Shown here one piece after another: positions 1-9,834 of a DNA stretch of 64,000 nucleotides. The stretch covers positions 36,378-100,377 of the forward strand of contig JBAZGG010000002.1 of the NCBI GenBank assembly GCA_041653015.1, read 5' to 3'. The notes beneath the pieces were generated by a model that worked only from the letters and a program-made list of their open reading frames with translations, was not told the DNA's origin and made no database searches. The position numbers and the translations under genes are program-made. Numbering within the stretch: position 1 is the stretch's first letter; every line of letters starts with the position of its first letter. This stretch comes from Bacilli bacterium (GTDB lineage Bacteria; Bacillota_I; Bacilli_A; RFN20; CAG-826).

Positions 1-1604
1 AGCCGATCAAAGACGTCGTTCCCACTATCGCTGACAGCGAAAATGAAATCATCTGTGGATACGAGATGGATTATCTAGAAGAACAAGGCATTTTGAAAAT
101 GGATCTTCTGGGTCTGCGAAATCTCACGATTATCGATAACTGCATAAACCTCATAAATAGAGAGAGACAATTGAATCTTGAATATAGCAAGATTCCTTAT
201 GACGATAAGCTCGCTCTCCAATTGATTGCCTCAACAAAGACAGTCGGTGTGTTTCAACTTGAATCATCGGGTATGAAAAGAGCAATAAGCGAGATTAAAA
301 TTGACAGCTTTGAGGATGTCATGGCTCTTTTGGCCCTATATAGGCCAGGGCCTATGGCTTCGATTCCAAGTTATGCAAAAAGAAAAGAAGGCATCGAAAA
401 AGTGACGTATTTTTCGAAGACGGTCGAGAGTATTCTCAAGCCTACATACGGAATAATCGTGTACCAAGAACAAATTTCACAGATTGTGAGAACGATGGCT
501 GGTTTCACGTATGGTGAAGCCGATTTATTCAGGCGAGCGATATCAAAAAAAGATAGCGCGAAGCTCTCTTCTTTAAAAAATACTTTTATCGAAGGGTCGG
601 GCAAAAACGGATTTAGTAGATCTGAAGCCGAAAAGGTCTTTGCGCTCATCTACAAATTTGCAGACTATGGATTTAATAAATCACATTCGCTCTGCTATGC
701 GATTTTATCTTCACAGATGGCCTTTTTGAAAGCGCATTATCCGTGCGAATTCTATGCTTCAATACTAGAGAATTCATCAGGTAATAACGATGTCAAATTC
801 AATGAGATCATCGGCGAGATGAAATCGCTTAACGTCCATCTTTTGCCTCCCGATATCAACAAGTCGATGAGCGAATACTCAGTTGCAGAAGATGACTTGT
901 TATTTTCGCTCTCCTCGATCAAAGGATTCCCTAAAGCGATGGCAGATAACATCGTCGAAGAAAGAAAAAATGGACTATTTGCTTCCTTCAGCGATTTCGT
1001 CATCAGAATGAAAAAATATGAAATATCTTCTCCGCAAGTGATCTCTTTGATCAATGCTGGATCTTTCGATAATTTTGATCCATCTAGAGCTTCGCTAAGG
1101 GGATATCTGCCTGCCATAATGAATTATGCTGATCTGTTTTTTGGAATCGAGAATTCATTGTTGAGTCAAAACGACTCCTTCATGAAACTTCCAACGTTTA
1201 CTGCATTAGAAGATGATAAACTAGACAATTTAAATCGCGAATACGAAGTGCTGGGAATCATGTTGAGCGGCACTCCTCTCAATAAATCTTCATATGAAAG
1301 CAATCGGGCAAAGAGAATCGATGATTTATCGATTGACGGAAGCAAAGAACGTCTCATCGGAATCGTGCGCTCAGTTAAAAAAATCAATACTAAAAAATCC
1401 AGTCCGATGGCCTTTTTGAGCGTTTATGACGAAACGGATGAACTAGAGATTATTGTCTTTCCTAATCTCTATGGTGAAGTTCATGACTTGTTGATAGTCA
1501 ATTCGATCTTAGTGATTGAAGGATATATCGATAAGAAAAAAGAGGGAACATTCATCGCCAATTCTATTTCGCGCTTAAGTGAGGATGGTAAAAATGAGCA
1601 ATAA
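1..1604 (+). CDS. dnaE: DNA polymerase III alpha subunit (DnaE-type), C-terminal part. The CDS enters from upstream of the window.
   Basis: The frame is open from position 3. Translation has typical DnaE C-terminal segments (LGLRNLTII..., GVFQLESSGM..., YRPGPM...) and an OB-fold tail. The track ORF at 66..1604 is the in-window part. Confidence 0.85.
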   Translation, partial: PIKDVVPTIADSENEIICGYEMDYLEEQGILKMDLLGLRNLTIIDNCINLINRERQLNLEYSKIPYDDKLALQLIASTKTVGVFQLESSGMKRAISEIKIDSFEDVMALLALYRPGPMASIPSYAKRKEGIEKVTYFSKTVESILKPTYGIIVYQEQISQIVRTMAGFTYGEADLFRRAISKKDSAKLSSLKNTFIEGSGKNGFSRSEAEKVFALIYKFADYGFNKSHSLCYAILSSQMAFLKAHYPCEFYASILENSSGNNDVKFNEIIGEMKSLNVHLLPPDINKSMSEYSVAEDDLLFSLSSIKGFPKAMADNIVEERKNGLFASFSDFVIRMKKYEISSPQVISLINAGSFDNFDPSRASLRGYLPAIMNYADLFFGIENSLLSQNDSFMKLPTFTALEDDKLDNLNREYEVLGIMLSGTPLNKSSYESNRAKRIDDLSIDGSKERLIGIVRSVKKINTKKSSPMAFLSVYDETDELEIIVFPNLYGEVHDLLIVNSILVIEGYIDKKKEGTFIANSISRLSEDGKNEQ

Positions 1605-4197
1605 AATGTATATCATCGACGGAAATTCCCTATTATTTCGCGCCTATTACGCAACCGCATATGGTTCTAATCCAACGATCATGCGGACAAAAGATGGCAC
1701 TCCGACTAACGCCGTCTTTGCTTTTGCAAACATGATCAATAAAATTATTTCATCATTCAAAGGCGATGAATCGATGATCGTCGGTTTTGATACGGGGCAA
1801 AAAACTTTTCGCCACGAAGAGAACAAAGACTATAAGGCGAATAGAAAACCTTGCCCTCCTGATCTCAAAACGCAGATGCCCATCGCGCGCTCTTTGTTGA
1901 AGAGCCTCGGCATTTTCAGTTATGAAAAAGACGGGGTGGAGGGCGATGATATTTGCGGCACAATCGCCAAGTTAGCAGAAAAAAATGGTATCGACGTCGA
2001 GATATATACCTCTGATCGCGATTTCTTACAATTAATAAGCAAAAATACCACCGTTAACATTCTCGTCAAAGGAATGAAAGATATACGTCCTATGAACGAG
2101 AGTAAAATGCAAGAGGAATATGGCATTACACCACTTCAAATAATTGATTATAAAGGCTTGCGAGGTGATGTGAGCGACAATATTCCAGGAATTCCCGGAA
2201 TAGGAGAAAAAACCGCGATCAAATTAATCCAGGAATTCGGTAGTTTTGATAGCATAATCGCCGCTAGCGCCACACAAGAAGGAAGGATTTGGGCAAACAT
2301 AAGAGAATTTCGCGCGCAAGGTGAAGAGAGCAGACGGTTAGCCGTTATTAAATGCGATGTCGAACTTCCATTTGGAATCGAAGATTTGAAATATCGCGGA
2401 TTCGAATTCGAAATCATCAATTCATTCTGCCAGAAATATGAATTAAAACAGCTGCTGAATAGGCTCCCATCTAAATTTAAACTGATAGAAAAGAATCAGG
2501 AGTTTATCATATCTGAAGAAACGACACTAGACAATATCGATTTCGGTGATGAAATATCCATCGCGATCGATATGGAAAATACGAATTACAATGATGCAGA
2601 AGTATATGGAATAGGCGTATTCTCAAGCGGAAGAACATTTTATATCGACATCGACCATTTGCAAAAAGACACAAAATTCATTTCGCTTTTAAAGAATCCA
2701 GCCATTAAAAAATATGCCTTTGATTACAAAGCTATTAAAGTTACATTGAATAGATTTAATATTGACATTCAGGGATTGTGCTTTGACATTTTGTTGGCTT
2801 CTTACATTTTGGATTCGTCACTAAATAACGATGCCGACCTTGTCATGAACTATTTTGGGAAAGATATCTCAGCCAAAACTGGCGATAAAATATCTTTGTT
2901 CTCACAAAAAAACGTTGAAAAAACCGGAAAGATTGCATGCTATACAAGACAGATGCACAACGACGTCAGAACTTCATTAGAAAAAGTTGGCGCATTAAAA
3001 TTGTTTGAAGATGTCGAGATACCACTAGCAGAAGTTCTCGCTAAAATGGAAATTGAAGGATTCCCTTTGGATGCCAAAAAACTTGAGGAAATCGGGTCAA
3101 CATTCCGCATTAAATTAGAAAAGAGCGCAAAAGAAATCTATGAATTGGCTGGTGAAGAATTTAACATCTCATCGCCCAAGCAGGTAGCGAAAATTCTTTT
3201 CGAAAAATTGAAATTGACTAAATCGAAAAATGAATCCACCTCTGTCGATGTATTAACCATGCTCGTAGGCGAACATCCCATCATCGAAAAAATACTTGAT
3301 TATCGCAAATATTCAAAGCTGATCGGAACTTATATCGATGGTCTAAAGGTGCACGTTCGCAAAGATGGAAAGATTCACGCCATCTTCAATCAATCATTAA
3401 CATCGACAGGACGATTATCTTCTAGCGAGCCCAATCTTCAAAATATTTCCGTGCGAGATGAAGAGGGAAAGTTGATTAGGAAAGCCTTTTATTATCCAAA
3501 GAATGAGTTTTCAATTCTCTCATTAGATTATTCGCAGATCGAATTAAGAATTTTGGCTTCTTTATCTAAATGTAAAGCTCTCATCGAAGTTTTCAATAAT
3601 GATTTAGATATACACTCGGCAACCGCAAAAAAGGTTTTTAAACTGAACAGGGAGCCAACGGATCAAGAAAGAAGACGCGCAAAAGCAGTCAATTTTGGCA
3701 TCGTTTATGGTATCTCTGATTGGGGTCTAGCAGAACAGATAGGCGTTTCAGTCAATGAGGCAAAAAGCATTATATCTTCTTTTTTTGAAGCCTATCCCGA
3801 AGTTGGAACATTTTTGAATATTGTCGTTGCGGATGCAACGAAAAATGGATTTGTCACGACGATGTTTAATCGAAGGCGATATCTTCGCGACATTCACGAT
3901 TCTAATTATCAAGTGAGAGAGTTTGCAAAGCGCGCGGCGATGAATGCGCCTATTCAAGGCACAGCTGCTGATTTAATAAAAATTGCAATGGTAAAAGTCG
4001 ACAAGATGCTCGTAGAAAATGTTTTTCAAACAAAATTAGTATTACAAATTCATGACGAATTGTTGTTCAAGGTTCCAAACAAAGAAAGAGACATTGTTTT
4101 TGAAAGCATTAAGCATATAATGGAAAACGCGTTTAAGCTTGATGTAAAATTAAGTGTTGATGGAGGCTTCGGACTGACTTGGTACGATGCGAAATAA
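1594..4197 (+). CDS. polA: DNA polymerase I
   Basis: The N-terminus reads MSNKMYIIDGNSLLFRAYYA (5'-3' exonuclease/FEN domain). A central domain has a DxE motif (AIDMENT), and the C-terminal polymerase domain has the DYSQIELR and HDEL(L) motifs. The start was chosen at the ATG at 1594, preceded by GAGG. It overlaps the dnaE stop. Confidence 0.93.
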   Translation: MSNKMYIIDGNSLLFRAYYATAYGSNPTIMRTKDGTPTNAVFAFANMINKIISSFKGDESMIVGFDTGQKTFRHEENKDYKANRKPCPPDLKTQMPIARSLLKSLGIFSYEKDGVEGDDICGTIAKLAEKNGIDVEIYTSDRDFLQLISKNTTVNILVKGMKDIRPMNESKMQEEYGITPLQIIDYKGLRGDVSDNIPGIPGIGEKTAIKLIQEFGSFDSIIAASATQEGRIWANIREFRAQGEESRRLAVIKCDVELPFGIEDLKYRGFEFEIINSFCQKYELKQLLNRLPSKFKLIEKNQEFIISEETTLDNIDFGDEISIAIDMENTNYNDAEVYGIGVFSSGRTFYIDIDHLQKDTKFISLLKNPAIKKYAFDYKAIKVTLNRFNIDIQGLCFDILLASYILDSSLNNDADLVMNYFGKDISAKTGDKISLFSQKNVEKTGKIACYTRQMHNDVRTSLEKVGALKLFEDVEIPLAEVLAKMEIEGFPLDAKKLEEIGSTFRIKLEKSAKEIYELAGEEFNISSPKQVAKILFEKLKLTKSKNESTSVDVLTMLVGEHPIIEKILDYRKYSKLIGTYIDGLKVHVRKDGKIHAIFNQSLTSTGRLSSSEPNLQNISVRDEEGKLIRKAFYYPKNEFSILSLDYSQIELRILASLSKCKALIEVFNNDLDIHSATAKKVFKLNREPTDQERRRAKAVNFGIVYGISDWGLAEQIGVSVNEAKSIISSFFEAYPEVGTFLNIVVADATKNGFVTTMFNRRRYLRDIHDSNYQVREFAKRAAMNAPIQGTAADLIKIAMVKVDKMLVENVFQTKLVLQIHDELLFKVPNKERDIVFESIKHIMENAFKLDVKLSVDGGFGLTWYDAK

Positions 4198-4198
4198 A

Positions 4199-5596
4199 AT
4201 GCCAGAATTACCAGAAGTTGAAACGATTAAGAACATTTTGCAAGAAAAGGTTGTTGGAAAAACGATCAATCGCATCGTTATTTTAAGAAAACAAACAATC
4301 GTCGGTAATGCCGATGAATTTATCCGAGGGCTTGAAAAGGCCGTAATAACCTCCTTATCCCGCAAAGGAAAATTCATTATTTTCCATCTTTCTAATCGCT
4401 CTGTTATAGTTTCCCATCTTCGAATGGAAGGCAAATATTACTACTTTGATGAGTGCATAGGCCAAACACCTTATCAGCGTGTTATTTTTGAATTCACTGA
4501 TAATTCGTCACTTGTTTATGATGATTCTCGGCAATTTGGCATTATGATGCTGAAAAATGAGAACAATTATCTCAGCACAGCTCCTCTTTCCGAATTAGGT
4601 CAAGAGCCGTTTAATATTGTAAATATAGATGCTTTATACGAAATCATTCATCACAAGAACATCGCAATAAAATCTGTGTTGTTGGATCAGCATATCATTT
4701 CCGGACTAGGTAATATTTACGTCGACGAGGTTTTATTTCTATCTAAAATTCATCCATTGACATCTTCAAATCTAATAACTAGAGAAGAGTTTGCGTTGAT
4801 AGTGAAGAATTCATGCCTTGTTTTAACTAAAGCGATCAAAGCTGGAGGATCAACAATCCGATCGTATCATCCAGCCGACGGAATAGATGGCAATTTTCAA
4901 AACCAATTAAACGCCTATGGAAGGGAAAATGAACCGTGTCCAATATGCAAAACACCAATGAGAAAAATAGTCGTTGGCGGGAGAGGGTCTTCTTATTGTC
5001 CACATTGTCAAATCAAAAAAACTGAACGATTTGTTTTAGGAGTTACTGGACCTATCTGCTCAGGCAAATCAACAATTTGCGACATTTTGAATAAAAATGA
5101 TTACATTGTGATATCAGCTGATAAAATCGTTAGTGAGTTATACGAAAATCAGGCGATCATCGATCAGCTAAAATGCATCTTAAAAGACGAGAAGATAATA
5201 TCTGATGGCAAACTTGATAAAACGTATTTTAAAAAAATCATTGTTGAAAATGAGAAGGATAAGAGAAAAATTGAGCATTTTATTCATCCATTGATTTTTG
5301 AAAAAATTAAAAATATGATACAGAACTCAAATAAAAACTCTAAAATTGCTGTTGAGATTCCTCTATTATTTGAGAGTAGATTTGATGAATTGTGCAATGC
5401 CGTTTTATTCGTTGACATCAACCGCGATAACCAGATTAGAAATATTAAAAAAAGAGGATTGGATGTCAAGGAATCTTTCAAATTGAATGCCTCGTTCAAT
5501 CATGATGTCGATAAGCTCTTGTCAAATTATGTAATTGTGAATGAAAATAATATTCAAGAAATCATAGAACAATTGAAATTGCGTAATCTAATATAA
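4199..5596 (+). CDS. mutM-coaE: Fused formamidopyrimidine-DNA glycosylase (Fpg/MutM) and dephospho-CoA kinase (CoaE) in a single ORF
   Basis: The N-terminus reads MPELPEVE (catalytic Pro2 after Met removal) through the Fpg zinc finger CPICKT...CPHCQ. The frame then continues without a stop into VLGVTGPICSGKST (CoaE P-loop) and a CoaE-like C-terminus. The start was set at 4199, one nucleotide after the polA stop. Confidence 0.85.
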   Translation: MPELPEVETIKNILQEKVVGKTINRIVILRKQTIVGNADEFIRGLEKAVITSLSRKGKFIIFHLSNRSVIVSHLRMEGKYYYFDECIGQTPYQRVIFEFTDNSSLVYDDSRQFGIMMLKNENNYLSTAPLSELGQEPFNIVNIDALYEIIHHKNIAIKSVLLDQHIISGLGNIYVDEVLFLSKIHPLTSSNLITREEFALIVKNSCLVLTKAIKAGGSTIRSYHPADGIDGNFQNQLNAYGRENEPCPICKTPMRKIVVGGRGSSYCPHCQIKKTERFVLGVTGPICSGKSTICDILNKNDYIVISADKIVSELYENQAIIDQLKCILKDEKIISDGKLDKTYFKKIIVENEKDKRKIEHFIHPLIFEKIKNMIQNSNKNSKIAVEIPLLFESRFDELCNAVLFVDINRDNQIRNIKKRGLDVKESFKLNASFNHDVDKLLSNYVIVNENNIQEIIEQLKLRNLI

Positions 5597-6487
5597 CGAC
5601 ACTCCGTAAAAATTGTATTCTTTAGAGCATTCGGATCTCAAGAGTGAACCCAATTGTTTAGCGCGAATAGAACCCGCGCGAGATGTTGAATACATCTCCA
5701 CTATTTGATCGATGGAGAATGAACTCGAAAAGAAGGTTGGTTTATTATTTCGAGAGCGATCGAGCAATATAGGAAGGATTATCGAATCGCGAATATAATC
5801 ATTTTTGTATTCATTGCCAAAGCCGTCGATTATCAGCAGTGAAACATTCGACAATTTTAACATTTCGTTTTCAAAAGCGGCACGATTCAAACGAGATAGA
5901 TCGTTCAATTGCTGAAATCTCGTTGAAGCATCAACAAAAGCAATTTGCATCTTCTTTCCGTTAGCATACTCATTTGCAAAGGTTGCCAAAACATATGATT
6001 TTCCCGTTTTAGGCTCGCCATAAATGTATATCCACTTCTTCGAATTACCATTTAGAATTTTTGCAAAATCATCAACTGCTTTGCGTCGCTCATTTGATGT
6101 GCTATCAAGAGTTCGAACAAGAGAGTTTTTCCACTCTTCGGGAAAATCGCTATACATGTATAAAGAGTCTCTCTTCACTTGCTCAATTAATTTTTCGCAT
6201 GGTGAATATTGAACATCAACAAATTGACCATCGAGTTTGAGAGACAATTGCAAATGTGGTGTATTTTTCGCACATTTATCGATACCTGGACAATTTTTGC
6301 AATAATGATAATCTGTCTGAAACTCAAGAAATTTTGTAATGTTATCTTTTACTACGCGTGCGCTGGGATTTAATTGTTTCACCACTTCATAAAATTCGAG
6401 ATCATCTCTGATTTTTTTCATTGCGTTATCAATGAAATCGTCCATTGCAAGAGCCACATTCTGTTTAGGGAGTTTCATTTTTTCCAT
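5588..6487 (-). CDS. dnaI: Primosomal protein DnaI (helicase loader)
   Basis: Has an N-terminal Cys/His zinc-binding region (CKNCPGIDKCAKN...H) and an AAA+ Walker A (GEPKTGKS). The start was chosen at the ATG at 6487, preceded by AAGGGAG and one nucleotide after the dnaB stop. It is downstream of dnaB as in Bacillus. Confidence 0.85.
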   Translation of the reverse strand: MEKMKLPKQNVALAMDDFIDNAMKKIRDDLEFYEVVKQLNPSARVVKDNITKFLEFQTDYHYCKNCPGIDKCAKNTPHLQLSLKLDGQFVDVQYSPCEKLIEQVKRDSLYMYSDFPEEWKNSLVRTLDSTSNERRKAVDDFAKILNGNSKKWIYIYGEPKTGKSYVLATFANEYANGKKMQIAFVDASTRFQQLNDLSRLNRAAFENEMLKLSNVSLLIIDGFGNEYKNDYIRDSIILPILLDRSRNNKPTFFSSSFSIDQIVEMYSTSRAGSIRAKQLGSLLRSECSKEYNFYGVSLY

Positions 6488-6488
6488 A

Positions 6489-7751
6489 TTATTTGACTCC
6501 CTTATTGAATGGTTCAATGATTTTCTGATACTCTTCATCCGAAATAATCTTTTCATCAGTTGAATGGCTGACTTCTTTTACATCTTCTTTCAATAGATTC
6601 CTATCGCTTTTTTTGTATGAATTCACTTTTAGCAAATAATTCATTGTGTCTATCGCGCTGCTCACGCCTTCCCTTGCGAGCATAGCCGCAAGCTTTTCAG
6701 TGTAGGAACGAATTAGTTTATTGTTTTGCTTAGCGAGAACATAGTCGATCAAAGCATTGATTACACCATTGCTCAATGAAAAATCGGAGCTCAGAGTGTT
6801 CAATATCTTTAAATCAGCGTCCGCGGCTGCTGTATAGTTCTGTTTAATCTTTAAATATTCGCCAGGGGATGATGATTCCATCAATTTTATCTTACTGGCC
6901 AATTCCGTATTGCTGGTGATGTGAACATTCCGCTTTGATGAAGGCTTTTTACTCAAAAAAGAAAATTTGCACTCTTGACGACATGCCAAATTCAAATCAT
7001 CGAAATTTATCCGATTTCCTTTTGTATTATCACTATTGTATATGTTTGAAACAATTGATGTCATCGAATCTTCACTAAGACCATAGAGAGTAGCAACACG
7101 TTCAATTTCTTTAAGTTCTTTGTCATCAAATGCTTGTTTATTGATTAAAGATTTGGAGTTCAGCAATTCAAAGAATTCAGAAAAGTCAAATTCCATATTT
7201 ATTCTTGCCGTATTCCTACCCTTTACTTTCGTATTGATGGTCGTTAAAAACGCTTTGTCGTTAAAGTCTGGGTCAAATACTTCATTAAATGAGGACGTAA
7301 TTTCATTATAATTCGGATTATTCTCGCTTTTTTCATATTTCAGAGCGAGATTTTGAGCTTCCTTTTCTCCAATATATTTAACGAGAAGTCCTTTGAACAG
7401 AACGTCTTCGAAAAAATCCTTGGGACTTTTTGGAGAAAATACTGCATAAATAAAATATCTTATATTTTTTTCTTCTTTGAAAAAAGTGCGTAAAAGTCCA
7501 GTTGCTTCAAGAGTTTTTCTCGCGTTTAAAAATTCTCCGGGCGAAATCTGCATTCTATTCAAAAAAGATTCATGGGAATGTATGTCTTGATAATCGTGGC
7601 GTTTGATATCTTGCACCATTGTAAGATAAATGGAAAGGGCCTTATACCCTATGATAGGTTGATACAATTCAGTCGCTACTGAAAGATCAATATCACTGAT
7701 CAATGAACCCGATGAGAGTTCATAGTAGTCATTTCCTGAAATATAATCCAT
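6489..7751 (-). CDS. dnaB: Replication initiation and membrane attachment protein DnaB (DnaB/DnaD-like domains)
   Basis: The N-terminal sequence is typical of Firmicute DnaB (not the helicase). It is paired with a downstream dnaI. Confidence 0.8.
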   Translation of the reverse strand: MDYISGNDYYELSSGSLISDIDLSVATELYQPIIGYKALSIYLTMVQDIKRHDYQDIHSHESFLNRMQISPGEFLNARKTLEATGLLRTFFKEEKNIRYFIYAVFSPKSPKDFFEDVLFKGLLVKYIGEKEAQNLALKYEKSENNPNYNEITSSFNEVFDPDFNDKAFLTTINTKVKGRNTARINMEFDFSEFFELLNSKSLINKQAFDDKELKEIERVATLYGLSEDSMTSIVSNIYNSDNTKGNRINFDDLNLACRQECKFSFLSKKPSSKRNVHITSNTELASKIKLMESSSPGEYLKIKQNYTAAADADLKILNTLSSDFSLSNGVINALIDYVLAKQNNKLIRSYTEKLAAMLAREGVSSAIDTMNYLLKVNSYKKSDRNLLKEDVKEVSHSTDEKIISDEEYQKIIEPFNKGVK

Positions 7752-7844
7752 GATAATCCTTGTGAAAAATAGTATATCATTTATACGATCAATAATGAAC
7801 AGAAAATAAGCATTAGTCGACTTTTTTTGAAGAAATGTGAAAAG

Positions 7845-7853
7845 TTATCCACA
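7845..7853. promoter_or_regulatory. Perfect consensus DnaA box TTATCCACA in the dnaB/pfkA divergent intergenic region
   Basis: An exact 9-mer TTATCCACA at 7845-7853. A weaker 6/9 match lies at 7912-7920. There is a single strong box only. Confidence 0.4.
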
Positions 7854-7998
7854 CAAAAAAACACCTATGTGATATAGACATAATCAGCGGTTTATAAACA
7901 TATAAAAAAACAATCCACCATCTTTCCACAAAATAATTTTGATCTGATTCTTTTATTTTCATAAAGAAAATATATAATAGAAGGCAGCAGGTAAATTT

Positions 7999-8964
7999 AT
8001 GATTAAAAAGATTGGAGTGTTGACTTCAGGGGGAGATTCTCCCGGTATGAACGCTGCCGTACGTGCAGTTATTCGTGCAGGTATTAAGCAAGGATGTGAA
8101 ATGTACGCAATATTTGAAGGATATAAAGGTTTAGTTGAAGGTAAAATAAAAAAAGTTGATCGAAGTTTTGTTTCGGGCATTGTCCAAAGGGGCGGTACGG
8201 TATTGCATTCAGCACGGCTTCGTGAATTTAAAGAGGAAGAAACAAGAAAAATAGGAATTGCACAGCTGAAGAAACATGGAATTGAAGCTTTAGTTGTCAT
8301 CGGTGGTGACGGGACATATCTGGGTGCAAAGAAACTAACTGAAATGGGTGTTAATTGCATCGGTTTGCCAGGCACAATCGATAATGATATAGCATCGACC
8401 GACTATACGATTGGATTTGACACATGTTTGAACACCATATGTTATTGCGTCGATAAACTTAGAGACACTACTGAATCTCACCAGCGCTGCTCTATTATTG
8501 AGGTCATGGGAAACAAATGTGGCGATTTAGCATTATTTTCTGGTATTGCTGAAGGAGCCGAAATGATCATCACAAATGATCACCCTATTCCAGAGGCTGA
8601 AATTATGAAAACGCTGTCAGAACTCAAGCAAAAAAAGAAAAAACATGATGCGATGATAATTGTTAGCGAAAACGTTTTTGATGACATAAAAGAATTCGCA
8701 AAACGCGTAACAGACGAAACTGGATTTGAAGCAAGAGCTGAAGTTCTAGGCCATTTGCAGCGCGGTGGTTCGCCATCCGCTTTTGACAGAATTTTAGCCG
8801 CTAGAATGGGTGTATACGCAATCGACTTATTACTAGATGGAAAGGGTGGTGTCTGCATCGGAATTGTAAACAATCATCTCGTTTATTACGATATTTATGA
8901 GGCGTTACAGCTTCCTAGAAATAAGCACATTTCATTACTTGAAATTATCAACACATTAAAATAA
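7999..8964 (+). CDS. pfkA: ATP-dependent 6-phosphofructokinase
   Basis: Carries the motifs GVLTSGGDSPGMNAA, GGDGT and GLPGTIDNDI (ATP-type signatures). Length is 321 aa. Confidence 0.93.
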   Translation: MIKKIGVLTSGGDSPGMNAAVRAVIRAGIKQGCEMYAIFEGYKGLVEGKIKKVDRSFVSGIVQRGGTVLHSARLREFKEEETRKIGIAQLKKHGIEALVVIGGDGTYLGAKKLTEMGVNCIGLPGTIDNDIASTDYTIGFDTCLNTICYCVDKLRDTTESHQRCSIIEVMGNKCGDLALFSGIAEGAEMIITNDHPIPEAEIMKTLSELKQKKKKHDAMIIVSENVFDDIKEFAKRVTDETGFEARAEVLGHLQRGGSPSAFDRILAARMGVYAIDLLLDGKGGVCIGIVNNHLVYYDIYEALQLPRNKHISLLEIINTLK

Positions 8965-8966
8965 TT

Positions 8967-9800
8967 ATGAAAAACGTTATTTCACTCGATATAGGCGGCA
9001 CAAATTTCCGAGTAGCAAAAATTGATTCTTCTCTGAATATGATTGAATCGTCTTCAAGTTCAACTATCAAGAATAACCTTGACTTATTCTGCATGCAATT
9101 AATCGACATGATAAGCAAAATAATTGATGAAAATTCAGTGGCTATTTCATTAGGTGTGCCAGGTCGAGTAAATTCTGTTACTGGTTATATTTATGCACTG
9201 CCTAACATCGGCATATCAAATTTTGATTTGGTTCAAATCCTATTCGAAAAGTTCCGCTTACCTGTATATATTAAAAATGATGCCGAAATGGCAGTTCTTG
9301 CCGAATCTGTTATTGGCGCAGGCAAAGAATATGACTCGACATATTTCATCACGATTTCAACGGGATTGGGAGGGGCTCTTTCTGTTCACAAGAACAACGC
9401 AATATCATCAGGAGAAATCGGTCATACTTTAGTTAAATATGGTAGTTCTTGCTACGAATTTGAAGAAATCGCAAGTGGAACAGGCATTGTTAAACTCGCT
9501 AGATTGAATAAATTAATAATTTCATCATCAAAAGAGTTATTCGAAGCCGTTGCTCGCGGTGAAACAAAGGCCAAAAAAGTATTTAAGGATTGGCTTGCGA
9601 TCATGAAACAGTTTTTTGATTTGATTGGCGAAACTTTTTCGCCAGGTATTATCGTTATCACGGGTGGTGTGATGAAATCAAAAGAATTTTTCTTTTCTGA
9701 ACTGCAGAGACAGAGTTCAGTTCCTGTCTGCGAATGCAAGACTGGCGAGAATGCTGGTCTGTTTGGCGCTGCTATTTATGCATTTAAGCAAATCAATTAG
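8967..9800 (+). CDS. ROK-family sugar kinase (glucokinase-like). The ROK zinc-binding Cys cluster is not evident.
   Basis: Has an N-terminal DIGGTNFR ATPase motif and a GEIGH motif. There is no N-terminal HTH. It starts 3 nt after pfkA. Confidence 0.7.
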   Translation: MKNVISLDIGGTNFRVAKIDSSLNMIESSSSSTIKNNLDLFCMQLIDMISKIIDENSVAISLGVPGRVNSVTGYIYALPNIGISNFDLVQILFEKFRLPVYIKNDAEMAVLAESVIGAGKEYDSTYFITISTGLGGALSVHKNNAISSGEIGHTLVKYGSSCYEFEEIASGTGIVKLARLNKLIISSSKELFEAVARGETKAKKVFKDWLAIMKQFFDLIGETFSPGIIVITGGVMKSKEFFFSELQRQSSVPVCECKTGENAGLFGAAIYAFKQIN

Positions 9801-9829
9801 TTGACATAAATATTAATTATAAATATAAT
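9801..9829 (+). promoter_or_regulatory. Sigma-A-type promoter for the thrS leader
   Basis: TTGACA (9801-9806), a 17-nt spacer, then TATAAT (9824-9829). Confidence 0.55.
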
Positions 9830-9834
9830 TATAT

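Noticed and set aside
371-1387. Several 70-120-aa antisense ORFs inside dnaE (371-649, 752-1117, 1166-1387). Similar internal antisense ORFs occur inside most long genes.
   Set aside because: They overlap well-supported conserved CDSs on the opposite strand. They have low-complexity composition and no RBS or start context. They are typical random ORFs in AT-rich DNA.
4187-5596. mutM-coaE as a frameshifted pseudogene pair
   Set aside because: The reading frame is continuous with no stop or shift between the domains, and both domains look intact. This was reported as a fusion instead.
7752-7998. Possible chromosomal origin (oriC) in the dnaB/pfkA intergenic region
   Set aside because: There is only one consensus DnaA box plus one weak match. 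There is no box cluster, no adjacent dnaA or dnaN, and no obvious AT-rich unwinding element distinct from the background.
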